Positions 30,697 through 41,005 of a DNA stretch of 64,000 nt are shown in pieces. The notes beneath the pieces were generated by a model, which saw only the letters and a list, made by a program, of their open reading frames with translations, was not told the DNA's origin and did not search any database. Position 1 is the stretch's first letter. Every line of letters begins with the position of its first letter. Origin of the DNA: Candidatus Hydrogenedentales bacterium (lineage in GTDB: Bacteria; Hydrogenedentota; Hydrogenedentia; Hydrogenedentales; SLHB01); assembly GCA_050950105.1 (NCBI GenBank), contig JBMNGZ010000001.1, positions 236,759-300,758 on the forward strand, in the 5' to 3' direction. The position numbers and the translations under genes were made by a program.

Positions 30697-30925
30697 GCAC
30701 GGCAGATCGCATCGTCCTGTTCATCGCTAAGCTACTTTTCGAGAGTTTCTTCGCCGAGGTTTTCTTGTTTGATAGCGGAGCCAATGTAGTCTCCCATAAG
30801 CGATAGGGTGGGTATATTCTCCTCGTACGTGTTCACGAGCGTAGGCCGCAGGACAAGCACGATTTCGAATTCCCCCTTATCTTTGCGGGTGTTTTTGAAC
30901 AGGTGACCGAGAATCGGGATGCGTT

Positions 30926-32954
30926 TCAGTCCGGGAACGCCCTCTCTCGACCTGCGTGTCGTGAACGTTGCCGCAGACCGCCCAGGATCACGGTGCCGCC
31001 GGCATCCACGGCAACCGAAGACTGCGCTGTGGCGCGGTCCACTACCGGCACGCCATTCCGGATCTCAACAAGGCTGCTGATCTCCAGTTGGACTGTCAGC
31101 GAAACCTGGCCGTTTTCCATTGATGACCGGCAGCACATTCAGAGTCACGCCGACATTCAAGAATCGAACGTCTTCCAGGCGTGTACCGGTCTGGCCTTCC
31201 ACGGAGACGACGGTGTAAGGTTCGTCGCGCACGCTGGAGAATAGCGCTTCCTGGCTGTCCCGGACCATGATGCGCGGACTCGCGATGATTTGTGTGTCGC
31301 TGTCGGATGCTAAGGCTTGCAGGATGGCCTCGTAGTCATCGTCGCCGAGGTCACCCACGGTAAGTCGGCCTTGCGCTGCGCCGTCGCCCACGTTTGCAGG
31401 AAAGTCGACGCTTACGCCTACCTGATTCACTTCTCCCAGGGCACGGGTCTGGTCGGCTATCGCTTCCCAACTTATCCCCAACTCCCGTATGAGATTGACA
31501 TTCACACGCAGAATCTCGGCCTCGATGCGGACTTGCCGGATGACATCGTCCCATTGCTGCAGAAGCGCCATGATCTCCGACGCCTTTTCCTTCGGCGCGC
31601 GGAAGGTGACGGTTCGGCTCAGGGGCTCCACGTTCAAAAAGGGATTTTCAGCCGGCAGCAGCGGGAGGATCTTCGCTTCAAGATCCAACTCGGCCGGATG
31701 TGTATTTCTGAAGGTATAGGTCTGGTATTCCGTGGGAACGTCAATGGCCTCGATAAGCTGTCCCACGCGCTCCATGACCGACCTAACGTGGGTAACGATG
31801 ACGGAGTTCGTCCGGGTATCCGCTGTGACGTTGGCGAGGGGACCGAGAGCAGCATCTTCGTGAGTTTGAGGACTTTGGGGCGCGGTTGCAGGCGCGGGCG
31901 GCTTACTTGCCGCACTTTCCCCCGCCGGAGGCGCCGTCGAGGCTTGCCGTTCCGTGTATCGGCGCCACGACGTCTCCGGGGTTGCTGCGGACGGGCCTGC
32001 GGGTTCTGTAGTAAAGACCCGGGGCGCCATGCGCCCCGGGTCTGCGCTCTGCTGCCAACTTCCCCTGCGGGAGGCCGACTCCTCCTCTCCCGTAAGCACA
32101 TGCAATACCAGGCGGGCAACTTCGTCAGCATTCGCGTATTTCAACGGAAATACCTTGGTTGCGATCTTGTCGGGCACATCGAACTGGATTATGAGTTTTT
32201 CGATACGTGCGAGTGTCTCTGGGGGAGCGGACACCATGACCTGATTCGTGCGTTGATCGGCCTGGAGCCCCTCCTTGTTCTGTACCTGAGGAAAGAGCAA
32301 AGGAAGAATATCCAACGCGGAAGCGCTCTGAAGCTGAAATACGCGCGTTTCAGCGGGCTGGTCAAGCTCCTTGGCCAGCCGGAGCACCTCGTCCATTCTA
32401 CTTTCCACTTCGCCAATAATGAGAACGTTTCCTTGCGGATACGACATGAGCACGCCATGGGCACTCATCGCGGGTTGGAGCGCTTGAGCAAGGTATTCGG
32501 CGTTTGCGTTCTTCAGTGCGACTATGTCTCGTTTCCTGCCCAGATTGAAGTCGTCGTAGTATTCTTCGTCGGACAAGACCCAGACCACGTCGTCTTCGCG
32601 CACGTAATGGAACCCGTTCACCTCCAGGATCTCTTTCAAGGCTCTTTCGGGTTCCATGTCGACTACATAGGCCGTTATCTTGCCTTGAACCGATTTGCTG
32701 ACCAAGATATTGAAATTCGTTGCATCGGAGAGCATTCGCATGGCATCCACCACGGGCAGCTCGTCCAATTGAACACTGATCCGCGCGCGCTCGGGGTCGA
32801 CAGCGTCCGCGGCGTAAGCGCAAGGTATCCAGACAGACCACAGAGCCAAAAGGCACCCGAGACGGCGGAGACCACACGGGATTCTGGGATCCGTGCTCAC
32901 AAGCGCATTATCCTTTGGGTAAAACGAGAATTTCATTCCCCCTCCTGACTTCAA
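30926..32954 (-). pseudogene. gspD: Secretin GspD, C-terminal secretin domain shifted into another frame near 31065-31138
   Basis: The 629-aa ORF has secretin N-domains and NVGVTLNVLPVING. The remaining secretin C-terminus (VSLTVQLEISSLVEIRNGVPVVDRATAQSSVAVDAGGTVILGGL) lies in a different frame at 30926..31138. Confidence 0.65.
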
Positions 32955-33375
32955 TGCTCTCTTCCTTTATGTCGGATATTTCATAGGAGCCAATTGCGTC
33001 GCCGACGCTCTTCACGCGAAGTTGTTTCAGTTTCGTGTCGTACACATAAGCCTTCGCAACGGCCCCCCGGACGGAGACCCCCTTCAGAATGAAATGGCTG
33101 AGTTCATCCACGACATGTGCCTTGCGAACGCGCATGGTTCGGAAGACGGCCTTGCCGCGGATTCGAGACTTAACCGAACCCAAGGTATAGGCGGCCGGGA
33201 TGGCCGTGTTGTCAATTCCGGCCTGGATCGCCGATTCCGTGCCGTGTTGTCCCGAAGCGACCAGTCCTGAAACAAGAAGGTAGAGCAAGAAGGCAGCGCA
33301 AAGCGCGACGGTGAACCCGGTGGCCGCGTTGCCCACTTTCCTGACAAGGGAGGTCACAGGGTCCAGCTCGTGCAT
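32908..33375 (-). CDS. GspC/PilP-like small membrane-anchored secretion component
   Basis: 155 aa with an N-terminal TM. Position lies between gspM-like and gspD. Confidence 0.35.
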   Translation of the reverse strand: MHELDPVTSLVRKVGNAATGFTVALCAAFLLYLLVSGLVASGQHGTESAIQAGIDNTAIPAAYTLGSVKSRIRGKAVFRTMRVRKAHVVDELSHFILKGVSVRGAVAKAYVYDTKLKQLRVKSVGDAIGSYEISDIKEESIEVRRGNEILVLPKG

Positions 33376-33378
33376 TGC

Positions 33379-33915
33379 CTACCTCTCCAACTTTGCAAGT
33401 TTATCTATCTTGAAGGTCACGGTCAGGGGCGGTTCACTGCGCCCGACCGTTAACGCGATCAGTTCTGCCCGGAGCATATGCTCGGGAGCTTGCATGACTT
33501 GCAGGAATTCAACGAATTGATGGCCCTCGCACTGTGTTTGCAGTTCGAGACCGAAGCGCCAGAATGTCCCATGTTTCTGAGAGCTGAGCGGCTTTACATT
33601 GGTAAGCTGAAGTCCGGCGGTCCTTGCCGCCTTGTCGACCTCTTCAAGGAGCGCGACCATCATTTGGTGCTCAGAGGAGACGGTCGACATGGCTCCCTTA
33701 ACGCGGGCGTACTCGGCCGCGATGGTGTCACGGTTGGCAATGAGAATCGCGAGCCGGTCCACTTCCGACTGGGCTTGCTGCACTCTCTTGTGGGTGGCGT
33801 AGAGGCCCTGCGCATAGGGCTCTGCAACACAGACGTACAGAACAGTGGATACGAGGCATATCCCGGCCAAAACGGCAATTTTCCGTTCGCGCCTGGATAG
33901 TCTGCGCATTATCAC
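33379..33915 (-). CDS. GspM/PilO-like protein
   Basis: 178 aa, single N-terminal TM, then a coiled-coil and periplasmic domain. Operon position. Confidence 0.45.
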   Translation of the reverse strand: MIMRRLSRRERKIAVLAGICLVSTVLYVCVAEPYAQGLYATHKRVQQAQSEVDRLAILIANRDTIAAEYARVKGAMSTVSSEHQMMVALLEEVDKAARTAGLQLTNVKPLSSQKHGTFWRFGLELQTQCEGHQFVEFLQVMQAPEHMLRAELIALTVGRSEPPLTVTFKIDKLAKLER

Positions 33916-35360
33916 TGTACGTGCTCCGTGGTGCGAACGACGGCCGAGAGTTTGAACTCCACGAGGCCATCCGTTGCCCCCCTTGGAAGAACGGTGTGCA
34001 CCAGGCGTACGTCGCGAAGAAGCTGCGACGACTGCAATTTGTCCAAATACGCATATACCATTTGAAAAGACGGGGCTTCTCCACCGATCGTTATCTGACC
34101 CTCCGACTCGTACCGGAATGAGTTGACGGCCATTGAAACCGGCGTAAGGTCGTGGAGTTCCAGTACAAGCTGCAGCGGCGCGACGACTTCACGCCTTTCC
34201 ACCATGAGTAGCTGGAGCGCTTCATGTTGTTCACGGAGATCACCGGCCTGCTCCTCCAGGGCCTGCAGTTCCTGTTCGGCGTGCAATGCCCGCGTCCGCT
34301 CGCTTACCAGCAGGTAATACCCAATCCCGACCACAGTGAGAATGAGGAGCAGATTCTGAATTGCCGACCATCCCGCTTCACGCAAGAGCTTTTTCCAGGC
34401 CCAATACCTCCTTTCCCGCTGGGGCAGCAGGCTGGCGGTTTTCTCATCATCTGAGACTCCCAGTGCCGCGCCCAAGGCATGAGGGTGTGTGATAGGAGAG
34501 GGAGGTGAGCCATTCAAGCTCGCGCTGTCCAATACTTCGATATCCCCGAATGCGCGGCTCGATCGAAGCGCTTCCTTCACACTCCCGCAGGATGGCGGTG
34601 TGCTGCCGGCCAGCGTAATACTCGAACACAGGGATGAAGTGTGAGCAACCCGGCGGCTGGCAAGCGTCGCGCTTCTTTGAAGCATTTCGTCAAGCGACTC
34701 TCCACCGTCCGTTTCGCGTGAAAAGACGGTACCGTTTTCTCGGAGCCACACCAGCTCCAGGCAGTCGCCATCGGCAATAAGAAGGGCAGGGCTCTCGTCT
34801 TTGCGGACCGTCTTAAGCAAGCGCGCTATCGAATAGCTGGCGGCCTCGATGCGCAACGGAACGATGCCATAGTGACGCAACATGGCGACGTGGCCTTCGA
34901 CGGTTTCGCGCCGCACCATGAAGAGTGTTACCAGAGTGTAGCCCTCTTCGTCGCTGCCGTGTCGAGTGTAGCCAAAGAGCCCTTCTTCCGCGGGCCAGGG
35001 CATGTGGATCAGGATTTCGTGGGGCAGCATGCGCGCTATCTGTTGCGGATCCGACGTCGGTACGCGAATCGTGCGAGTAATGCACGCGACCGCAGGCAGA
35101 ACAAGCACAAATTCAGCTTTGGAAGCTGAAACCCGAGTGTCATCGGCGTTGAGTTCGAAAGCGTCGCTAATTTCGACCACTCGACCGTCGAGGAACCTGG
35201 CCTTTATGGCCGCGTACCGGCCTTGATCTACCGGAAAGAGTCCGATGACCGTGTGTTCAGGGCGGAGCAGGCCTCGGATTGGGGAAAAAATGCCAGCGAC
35301 AGAAGACTTCATCTGTTGCCTGGGGCTATTCTTCGTGTTCGTCAATTGTTCTGGTTCCAT
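33912..35360 (-). CDS. GspL-like (PilM-PilN fusion-like) secretion assembly protein
   Basis: 482 aa. Cytoplasmic N-domain, central TM (WSAIQNLLLILTVVGIGYYLLV) followed by a coiled coil. Located between gspK and gspM-like. Confidence 0.5.
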   Translation of the reverse strand: MEPEQLTNTKNSPRQQMKSSVAGIFSPIRGLLRPEHTVIGLFPVDQGRYAAIKARFLDGRVVEISDAFELNADDTRVSASKAEFVLVLPAVACITRTIRVPTSDPQQIARMLPHEILIHMPWPAEEGLFGYTRHGSDEEGYTLVTLFMVRRETVEGHVAMLRHYGIVPLRIEAASYSIARLLKTVRKDESPALLIADGDCLELVWLRENGTVFSRETDGGESLDEMLQRSATLASRRVAHTSSLCSSITLAGSTPPSCGSVKEALRSSRAFGDIEVLDSASLNGSPPSPITHPHALGAALGVSDDEKTASLLPQRERRYWAWKKLLREAGWSAIQNLLLILTVVGIGYYLLVSERTRALHAEQELQALEEQAGDLREQHEALQLLMVERREVVAPLQLVLELHDLTPVSMAVNSFRYESEGQITIGGEAPSFQMVYAYLDKLQSSQLLRDVRLVHTVLPRGATDGLVEFKLSAVVRTTEHVQ

Positions 35361-36523
35361 TCAACGACGGTCAGTTGGCCGTCTTCTCGAAGCACCACCA
35401 TTTCGGCTTCGGCCAACAACCGTGGTTCATACATGTTGACGGTCAGGTAGAACCGGAACGCGTGGCCGACGACATCGAGATTACGCAGTAGATTCGACGC
35501 CCGTATTCCGTCTTCGTCGCCCAGGGTTCGCGCCCCGAAAGCCACGAGTTCTTCAAAGCTGGTGAAAGGTTTGTCGTCGTCCGTGCCGTCCACACCATCG
35601 GCCCCGCGTCGGTGGGAAAGAAGCGCGGTCACCATCTGGTTCGTCGTGAACTCGTCAGTCATTGCCGTCGCGAACAGTGCCCGGAGCACGGATTCCGGAG
35701 CGGTGTTCACGTTCACCGAGCCTTCGCCGTAGACAGTCAGCAGGTCCAGCAAGCCCAACTGCAGCCGGCCGTCCGCATTGTCCGCGGGCAGAAAGGCATC
35801 GCCATCGTCCTCATTGGGTTCGAGCGTCCCGCTGTGATTGGCGTCTTCCCCAAAGAAGAGTTCCGGTGTGATTCCACGCACGAAGAGCAGTTCTTCGATG
35901 CGAAGCAAGTCGCTATCGGAGGGAGAATAGGGAGGATCGTAGGAACTGTACACGCCGCCTTCGGCAACTCCGATCGCGTCGGGATCTCGCCAGTCAACGA
36001 TTGCGAGGGCGATCTCCGCCGCGTCGCCCTCCACACCCGCTTCCCGCAGTATGGCGGTCAGGAGCTCAACAGAGGCCAGATTCACGTTCACTTTGCCCGT
36101 TTCATCCGAGGGCACAATTCGAAGCGAGAAGTCAGCGGAGGCGTCCGCTCCTGTCTGAACGGACATCAGCTCCGACGCGTTCGCCTGGTAGACCCGTCCC
36201 CAAGATTCGGCGAACGCGTCCATGTCGGTATCGGCATCCTCCTGCAAGCTTCGGATTGCGAGTGTCGCGAGAGCATCCAACAGGCTGTTGGCCTTTGACG
36301 CGGCCATGACGGCTTTGTGCTGGCGAATGGCCAACCGGGTGCGCGTCAGCAAGGCGCTGGCGACCAATGCCAGGAGCGCTACGACCCAAAGCACTACCAG
36401 AAGAACGGCCCCGGACCTCTCTGTAAGCGAAGGCTCCTTCATCGGCCGCCCTCCGCCGTGATTCCGAGCGGCAGGGCAACGGTCTTCACGATACGTCCTC
36501 GACCTGCAAGCGCGAATGAGCAC
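35342..36523 (-). CDS. gspK: Type II secretion minor pseudopilin GspK
   Basis: N-terminus SGAVLLVVLWVVALLALVASALL is typical of GspK. 393 aa. Confidence 0.65.
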   Translation of the reverse strand: MLIRACRSRTYREDRCPAARNHGGGRPMKEPSLTERSGAVLLVVLWVVALLALVASALLTRTRLAIRQHKAVMAASKANSLLDALATLAIRSLQEDADTDMDAFAESWGRVYQANASELMSVQTGADASADFSLRIVPSDETGKVNVNLASVELLTAILREAGVEGDAAEIALAIVDWRDPDAIGVAEGGVYSSYDPPYSPSDSDLLRIEELLFVRGITPELFFGEDANHSGTLEPNEDDGDAFLPADNADGRLQLGLLDLLTVYGEGSVNVNTAPESVLRALFATAMTDEFTTNQMVTALLSHRRGADGVDGTDDDKPFTSFEELVAFGARTLGDEDGIRASNLLRNLDVVGHAFRFYLTVNMYEPRLLAEAEMVVLREDGQLTVVEWNQNN

Positions 36524-37062
36524 TGCACCCCGCTCGGCGGCCTTTCGGCGTCCTCCCAGACGGAGACCGTGCCCTGTCCCGCTTGAAGGTAGTCAAATTG
36601 GACGGACTGCACGTTTTCGAGAAGAACCGAACGTTCGGAGCGGCTGCCCAGACGACGTTGCCCGGCATAGGGTGTGGCCTCGCGGACCCACAGGGTCTGG
36701 CCTGTCTCATCCGACTCTTCCACGCGATAAGAGACCGTGATCCAGACGGCGCCCACCCCCGCCCTTTGGGCACGCCTCGAATCAAGGCACGCGAAGGAAA
36801 GCGTCTCGTTTCCGTCTTCTTGTTGACCTTCGGAGATCAAGGCTTTTTCGTCGGATACGCGCACTAGGTTTCGCACGTCGTTCGAGAAAGCCCTCAAGGC
36901 GCGTTCCAGGGAGGCCTGTGAGGATTGGTGTTCGCGGACACGCTTCCAGGCATGGGTTCCGCTGCGCAAACCAACGATCAGCGACGAAAAAACCAGCGTG
37001 AATATCGATAGAGTCACGAGAAGCTCGATCAAGGTGAATCCCCACGATGCTCCTCGACGCAT
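36439..37062 (-). CDS. gspJ: Minor pseudopilin GspJ-like
   Basis: Prepilin N-methylation motif GFTLIELLVTLSIFTLVF. Confidence 0.6.
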   Translation of the reverse strand: MRRGASWGFTLIELLVTLSIFTLVFSSLIVGLRSGTHAWKRVREHQSSQASLERALRAFSNDVRNLVRVSDEKALISEGQQEDGNETLSFACLDSRRAQRAGVGAVWITVSYRVEESDETGQTLWVREATPYAGQRRLGSRSERSVLLENVQSVQFDYLQAGQGTVSVWEDAERPPSGVQCSFALAGRGRIVKTVALPLGITAEGGR

Positions 37063-37090
37063 GCCGTCGCCCCCCTTCCCCTGGTCTCAT

Positions 37091-37456
37091 TCAAAGTAGT
37101 GTTTGCACAGGCAATACCAAGCATTCTTCGGCTTCGTCTTTTCTCCAGATCTCGAGATTCACTATCGAGAACGGCTGCTCATTCTCGGCCGGCTCGACAT
37201 GGGCGGTCCAGGCATAGGCCTCGAAAGGCGCAGGAAATCTTCCTTCCGATTCTCCCGGCGAAGACGAAGCACCCGACACGCGTAGCTCCATGATCTTCTG
37301 CTCCGCCAACTGCCGGGCAACCGTTCGTTCTTCAATGCGTTTCTGTGCGTTTGCGCACTGAACGACAACCCTGAGGCAAGTCCCAACGCCCACCGTGACG
37401 ATCGTCACGGACACCATCACTTCGAGAAGAGCCACCCCCGCATGTTTACGGTGCAT
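37091..37456 (-). CDS. gspI: Minor pseudopilin GspI-like
   Basis: Prepilin-type N-terminus GVALLEVMVSVTIVTVGV. 121 aa. Confidence 0.6.
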   Translation of the reverse strand: MHRKHAGVALLEVMVSVTIVTVGVGTCLRVVVQCANAQKRIEERTVARQLAEQKIMELRVSGASSSPGESEGRFPAPFEAYAWTAHVEPAENEQPFSIVNLEIWRKDEAEECLVLPVQTLL

Positions 37457-38039
37457 TCCACGTCCCCTGCGCCTCTTCCTGAGCCGCGGTCAGAACATGG
37501 ACCTCGTCGTACAGAAGCCCGGTCTTGACCCACATCGTCCGGTCTTCTTCGTCCATCAGCTCTATGGAACCGCCCGTGCCCAGGCCATCGGGCCTGAACT
37601 CAAGGATGCGGAGAGGTTCCCCGGTTCCGGCGGGCGAATGGAGTTTCATACGAATGCCCGTGGGAAGCGGCTTGTGCTCGTCGAGTAGCGCGTCCCCGAA
37701 TCGCGTGAACTGCCTTTCGTAGTCAGCCCGCGGATTTTGAATCGTCAACCAGAAGGTCTCTCCTTCAAGGTCGGTATTGACACGTGTGCTCACCCCCTGT
37801 CTGATCGCCTCTGCGCGGGCATACCTCACGTATTCCGCCAGCACTTCGGCGCTTTCGCGCAACGCCGTCGCTCGCACAGAGCGGTTAATCCGGGGGTACA
37901 CGACCGTGGTCAGAATGCCGATCAACGCAACGACCAGCAACAATTCAATTAGCGTAAACCCCCGTAAAACTAAGCTAGGCCCCTTCCTTGCGAAAGTTGG
38001 TGACGTCATCTGCTGTATCCTGTACGCCGTCGACACCAA
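37446..38039 (-). CDS. gspH: Minor pseudopilin GspH-like
   Basis: RGFTLIELLLVVALIGILTTVVYP prepilin motif. Confidence 0.65.
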   Translation of the reverse strand: MVSTAYRIQQMTSPTFARKGPSLVLRGFTLIELLLVVALIGILTTVVYPRINRSVRATALRESAEVLAEYVRYARAEAIRQGVSTRVNTDLEGETFWLTIQNPRADYERQFTRFGDALLDEHKPLPTGIRMKLHSPAGTGEPLRILEFRPDGLGTGGSIELMDEEDRTMWVKTGLLYDEVHVLTAAQEEAQGTWNAP

Positions 38040-38442
38040 GGCAAATTAAGTCGAAATCGACGTTTTCCTCGCCCGGACACTTGTAGATCACGTCGCGACC
38101 CCAGGGATCGCGGGGCCTGTCTTTGAGATAGGGACCATTCCAGTTGTCTTGCGGCCCCAGCGCGGCAGGACGCTCAACCAAAGCAATCAAACCCTCTTCC
38201 TGGGTGGGAAATCGGTTGAGGTCGAGTTCGAAGGATTCAAGCGCCGTCTCTATGCTCTGGATTGTCATCTGCGCGGCCGCCTCTTTGGCTTGACGGGTGC
38301 GGCCCGTGAAGCGAGGCACCACCACAGCCGCAAGAATGCCGATGATGATCACCACCAGCATGAGTTCTATGAGCGTGAAACCGTTGTTCCGGTTCCCTCG
38401 ACAAACCCGCTTCGCGCACGCGCAGTTTCGCATCCTGAACAC
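37975..38442 (-). CDS. gspG: Major pseudopilin GspG
   Basis: NNGFTLIELMLVVIIIGILAAVVVPRF...AQMTIQSIETALESFELD is the classic GspG sequence. Confidence 0.85.
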   Translation of the reverse strand: MFRMRNCACAKRVCRGNRNNGFTLIELMLVVIIIGILAAVVVPRFTGRTRQAKEAAAQMTIQSIETALESFELDLNRFPTQEEGLIALVERPAALGPQDNWNGPYLKDRPRDPWGRDVIYKCPGEENVDFDLICLGVDGVQDTADDVTNFRKEGA

Positions 38443-38572
38443 AGGCCCCTATGCATCCCTGTTGACGGCACGACCCGTTGCATAGTATACAGACACATGA
38501 GTTGGCCGTCAACCATAAAGGTCGCATTGTGTTGCCATGTCTATACATGTCACTGCGCATTGCAGCTAAGGC

Positions 38573-40141
38573 ATGTACTGCAGGGGATTTAAGGGAGGGG
38601 GGCCAATGGATTTCCGGGCTGACGAAGCATTGTTTCCTTCAAATGAAGCCTTGCAACGCGTGCCCTCGCGCCTGGCCGTTCGCTATGGCATCGTGCCCTT
38701 GGCCATCGAAGAGGATGGCGGACTTCTCGTCGCTATCGAGGATACGGAAGCCTACGATGTCCTCGATGAGTTGCGCATGGTGATCGGATGCCCCGTTCGC
38801 GCGCGCTTCGCCGAGGGTTCGCGCATCAAACAGGCCATGCGCGAGCATTACGGCATCGGGGCCGACACGCTGGAGGTCCTGGTCGACCACCGCGACCTCG
38901 GTCCCGCGGAAGTCGTGGAAGATGCTTCGATCGACACCGAAATCGCCGACGCGTCCATCATCAAGTTCGTCAACCAGCTCATCGTGGATGCCTACAACAG
39001 CCGCGCCACCGACATCCACATCGAGCCTTTCGAGGGCCAGTTGCGCGTGCGGTACCGCATCGACGGCATCCTCGGCAACGCCTTCATTCCCGACACGATC
39101 CGCCACTTTCGCGAATCCATCACGGCGCGCATCAAAATCATGGCCAATCTCGACATCGCCGAGCGGCGTCTGCCCCAGGATGGACGCATTCGCGTAAAGA
39201 TCGAAGGCAGCGATTTCGACCTCCGCGTGTCCATCATTCCCATCGCCCACGGGGAGAGCATCAACATCCGTATTCTCCAGCGGAGCAATGTCTTGATGGG
39301 CCTGGAAGCCATCGGCTTCGACCCGGTCTCGCTCCAGCGGTTCGAACGCCTGCTCAAGAAGCCCCACGGCATCATCCTCTTGACCGGACCTACCGGCTCG
39401 GGCAAGACCACCACCCTCTACGCATGCCTGAGCCGCATCAACGACACCGCGCGCAAGATCATCACCATCGAAGACCCGGTCGAATACCAGATCCCCGGCA
39501 TTTGCCAGATGCAGGTGCGCGACAACATCGGCTTCACCTTCGCCGGCGGGTTGCGCTCGATGCTGCGCCACGACCCCGACGTCATGCTCGTGGGCGAGAT
39601 CCGGGATTTCGAGACCGCCGAACTGGCCATCCGCTGCGCCCTGACCGGCCACCTCGTGTTCAGCACGCTGCACACCAACGACGCCCCGGGCGCCGCCCCG
39701 CGCCTCCTCGACATCGGCATCGAACCCTACCTGCTCGCTTCGTCGATGGAAGCCGTTATCGGGCAACGTCTTGTGCGGCGGATCTGCCCCGAGTGCAACG
39801 AGCCCTGCACGCCCGAAGAAGAGGCGCTCCGCGAGATGGGAATTTCCGAGGAAGCCCTTCGAGACGCCGATTTTCGACGCGGCGCCGGCTGCGACGCCTG
39901 CCGTGGCACGGGCTACTACGGCCGCACCGCCATCTACGAGATGATGGTGCTCGACGACCCCATCCGGCGGCTGATTATGGACCGCGCCCCCGGCTCGGCC
40001 ATCAAACGCGCCGCCCTCGAACAGGGCATGGAAACCCTGCGCGTCAATGGCTGCGAAAAAGCCCGCCAGGGCTTCACGACCGTCGACGAAGTCCTGCGCG
40101 TCACCCAGGACGATAGCGACGCGCAGAGCCTTCAGGCATAA
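38573..40141 (+). CDS. gspE: Type II secretion ATPase GspE
   Basis: Walker A LLTGPTGSGKTTTLYA. The full GspE/PilB fold includes a tetracysteine motif (CPEC...CDAC). Divergent from gspG. Confidence 0.9.
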   Translation: MYCRGFKGGGPMDFRADEALFPSNEALQRVPSRLAVRYGIVPLAIEEDGGLLVAIEDTEAYDVLDELRMVIGCPVRARFAEGSRIKQAMREHYGIGADTLEVLVDHRDLGPAEVVEDASIDTEIADASIIKFVNQLIVDAYNSRATDIHIEPFEGQLRVRYRIDGILGNAFIPDTIRHFRESITARIKIMANLDIAERRLPQDGRIRVKIEGSDFDLRVSIIPIAHGESINIRILQRSNVLMGLEAIGFDPVSLQRFERLLKKPHGIILLTGPTGSGKTTTLYACLSRINDTARKIITIEDPVEYQIPGICQMQVRDNIGFTFAGGLRSMLRHDPDVMLVGEIRDFETAELAIRCALTGHLVFSTLHTNDAPGAAPRLLDIGIEPYLLASSMEAVIGQRLVRRICPECNEPCTPEEEALREMGISEEALRDADFRRGAGCDACRGTGYYGRTAIYEMMVLDDPIRRLIMDRAPGSAIKRAALEQGMETLRVNGCEKARQGFTTVDEVLRVTQDDSDAQSLQA

Positions 40142-40237
40142 GTCTTTATTAGAAAATGAGATGCGGCATGGGCCGGCATCGGTGCTGAAAGAAGAATCGA
40201 AACCTGACAAGTTGGGTCGGAGACGGGTTGACATACC

Positions 40238-40762
40238 ATGCGGGGGATTGACGACGAACAGCTCGTACAGGTGCTGAAGGAGCAGGCGCCCTGCCTGCGT
40301 CGGTTTCTTCTCAGCCGCGGCGCGTCTGCCGACGAGGTTGACGACCTTGTCCAGGACACCTTCGTCGTCGCTTGGGAAAAGCGAGAAGTCATTCTCGATG
40401 GGAAAGCGCGCAAATACCTTACGAGCGTCGCACGATGTATCCTCATGGCCCATCGCCGGAAAAATGGAACGCGTCAGCGCCTCTTGGGTAGGAACCACAC
40501 TGAGGTCCTTAGAGAGGTGCACCCCAAGAAGCATTGCGAATACCCCGAAATGCTGGAGATTGTTGACCATCGCAATTGCTATTTCTACAGTTGTCTTAAT
40601 GAACTTCCCGCCACTTTGCGAGAGGTATTCGAACTTGTCCACATTGAGGGGATGACACGAAAACAAGTGGCTGAAATACAGGGCTGTGGCTTGCGCACTG
40701 TATATGCACGTGAGAAGGCGGCAATTGTCCGTTTGCGATTGAAATGCAGCAAATATGATTGA
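40238..40762 (+). CDS. ECF (sigma-70 family group 4) RNA polymerase sigma factor
   Basis: Region 2 DLVQDTFVVAW. Region 4 LPATLREVFELVHIEGMTRKQVAEIQGCGLRTVYAREKAAIVRLR. Confidence 0.85.
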   Translation: MRGIDDEQLVQVLKEQAPCLRRFLLSRGASADEVDDLVQDTFVVAWEKREVILDGKARKYLTSVARCILMAHRRKNGTRQRLLGRNHTEVLREVHPKKHCEYPEMLEIVDHRNCYFYSCLNELPATLREVFELVHIEGMTRKQVAEIQGCGLRTVYAREKAAIVRLRLKCSKYD

Positions 40763-41005
40763 AATTGTCCTTCAAGAGTAGGCATCGCAAGACACCACGT
40801 GTCGTGGTGAGAAACTAGGAGAGGAATGCAAAATCTCGGCACTCACGACATATAAAAGACATAGTGTGAAGAATGACGCAAAGAGGGCTCTTCAAACACT
40901 TTTGCAGACACTAGCAGTTTGGCAGGCTTTCTGCATGTCCACACATAGACAGATAACTGCGCAGAAAGAAAGCGTATGTAAAAGACTTGGTCTTTTAGGT
41001 TTGTT

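Noticed and set aside
38639-40666. 675-aa minus-strand ORF and 442-aa plus-strand alternate-frame ORF (38788..40116) overlapping gspE
   Set aside because: Low-complexity Arg/Pro/Gly/Ala-rich translations opposite to or out of frame with the clearly conserved GspE ATPase; GC-driven artefacts.
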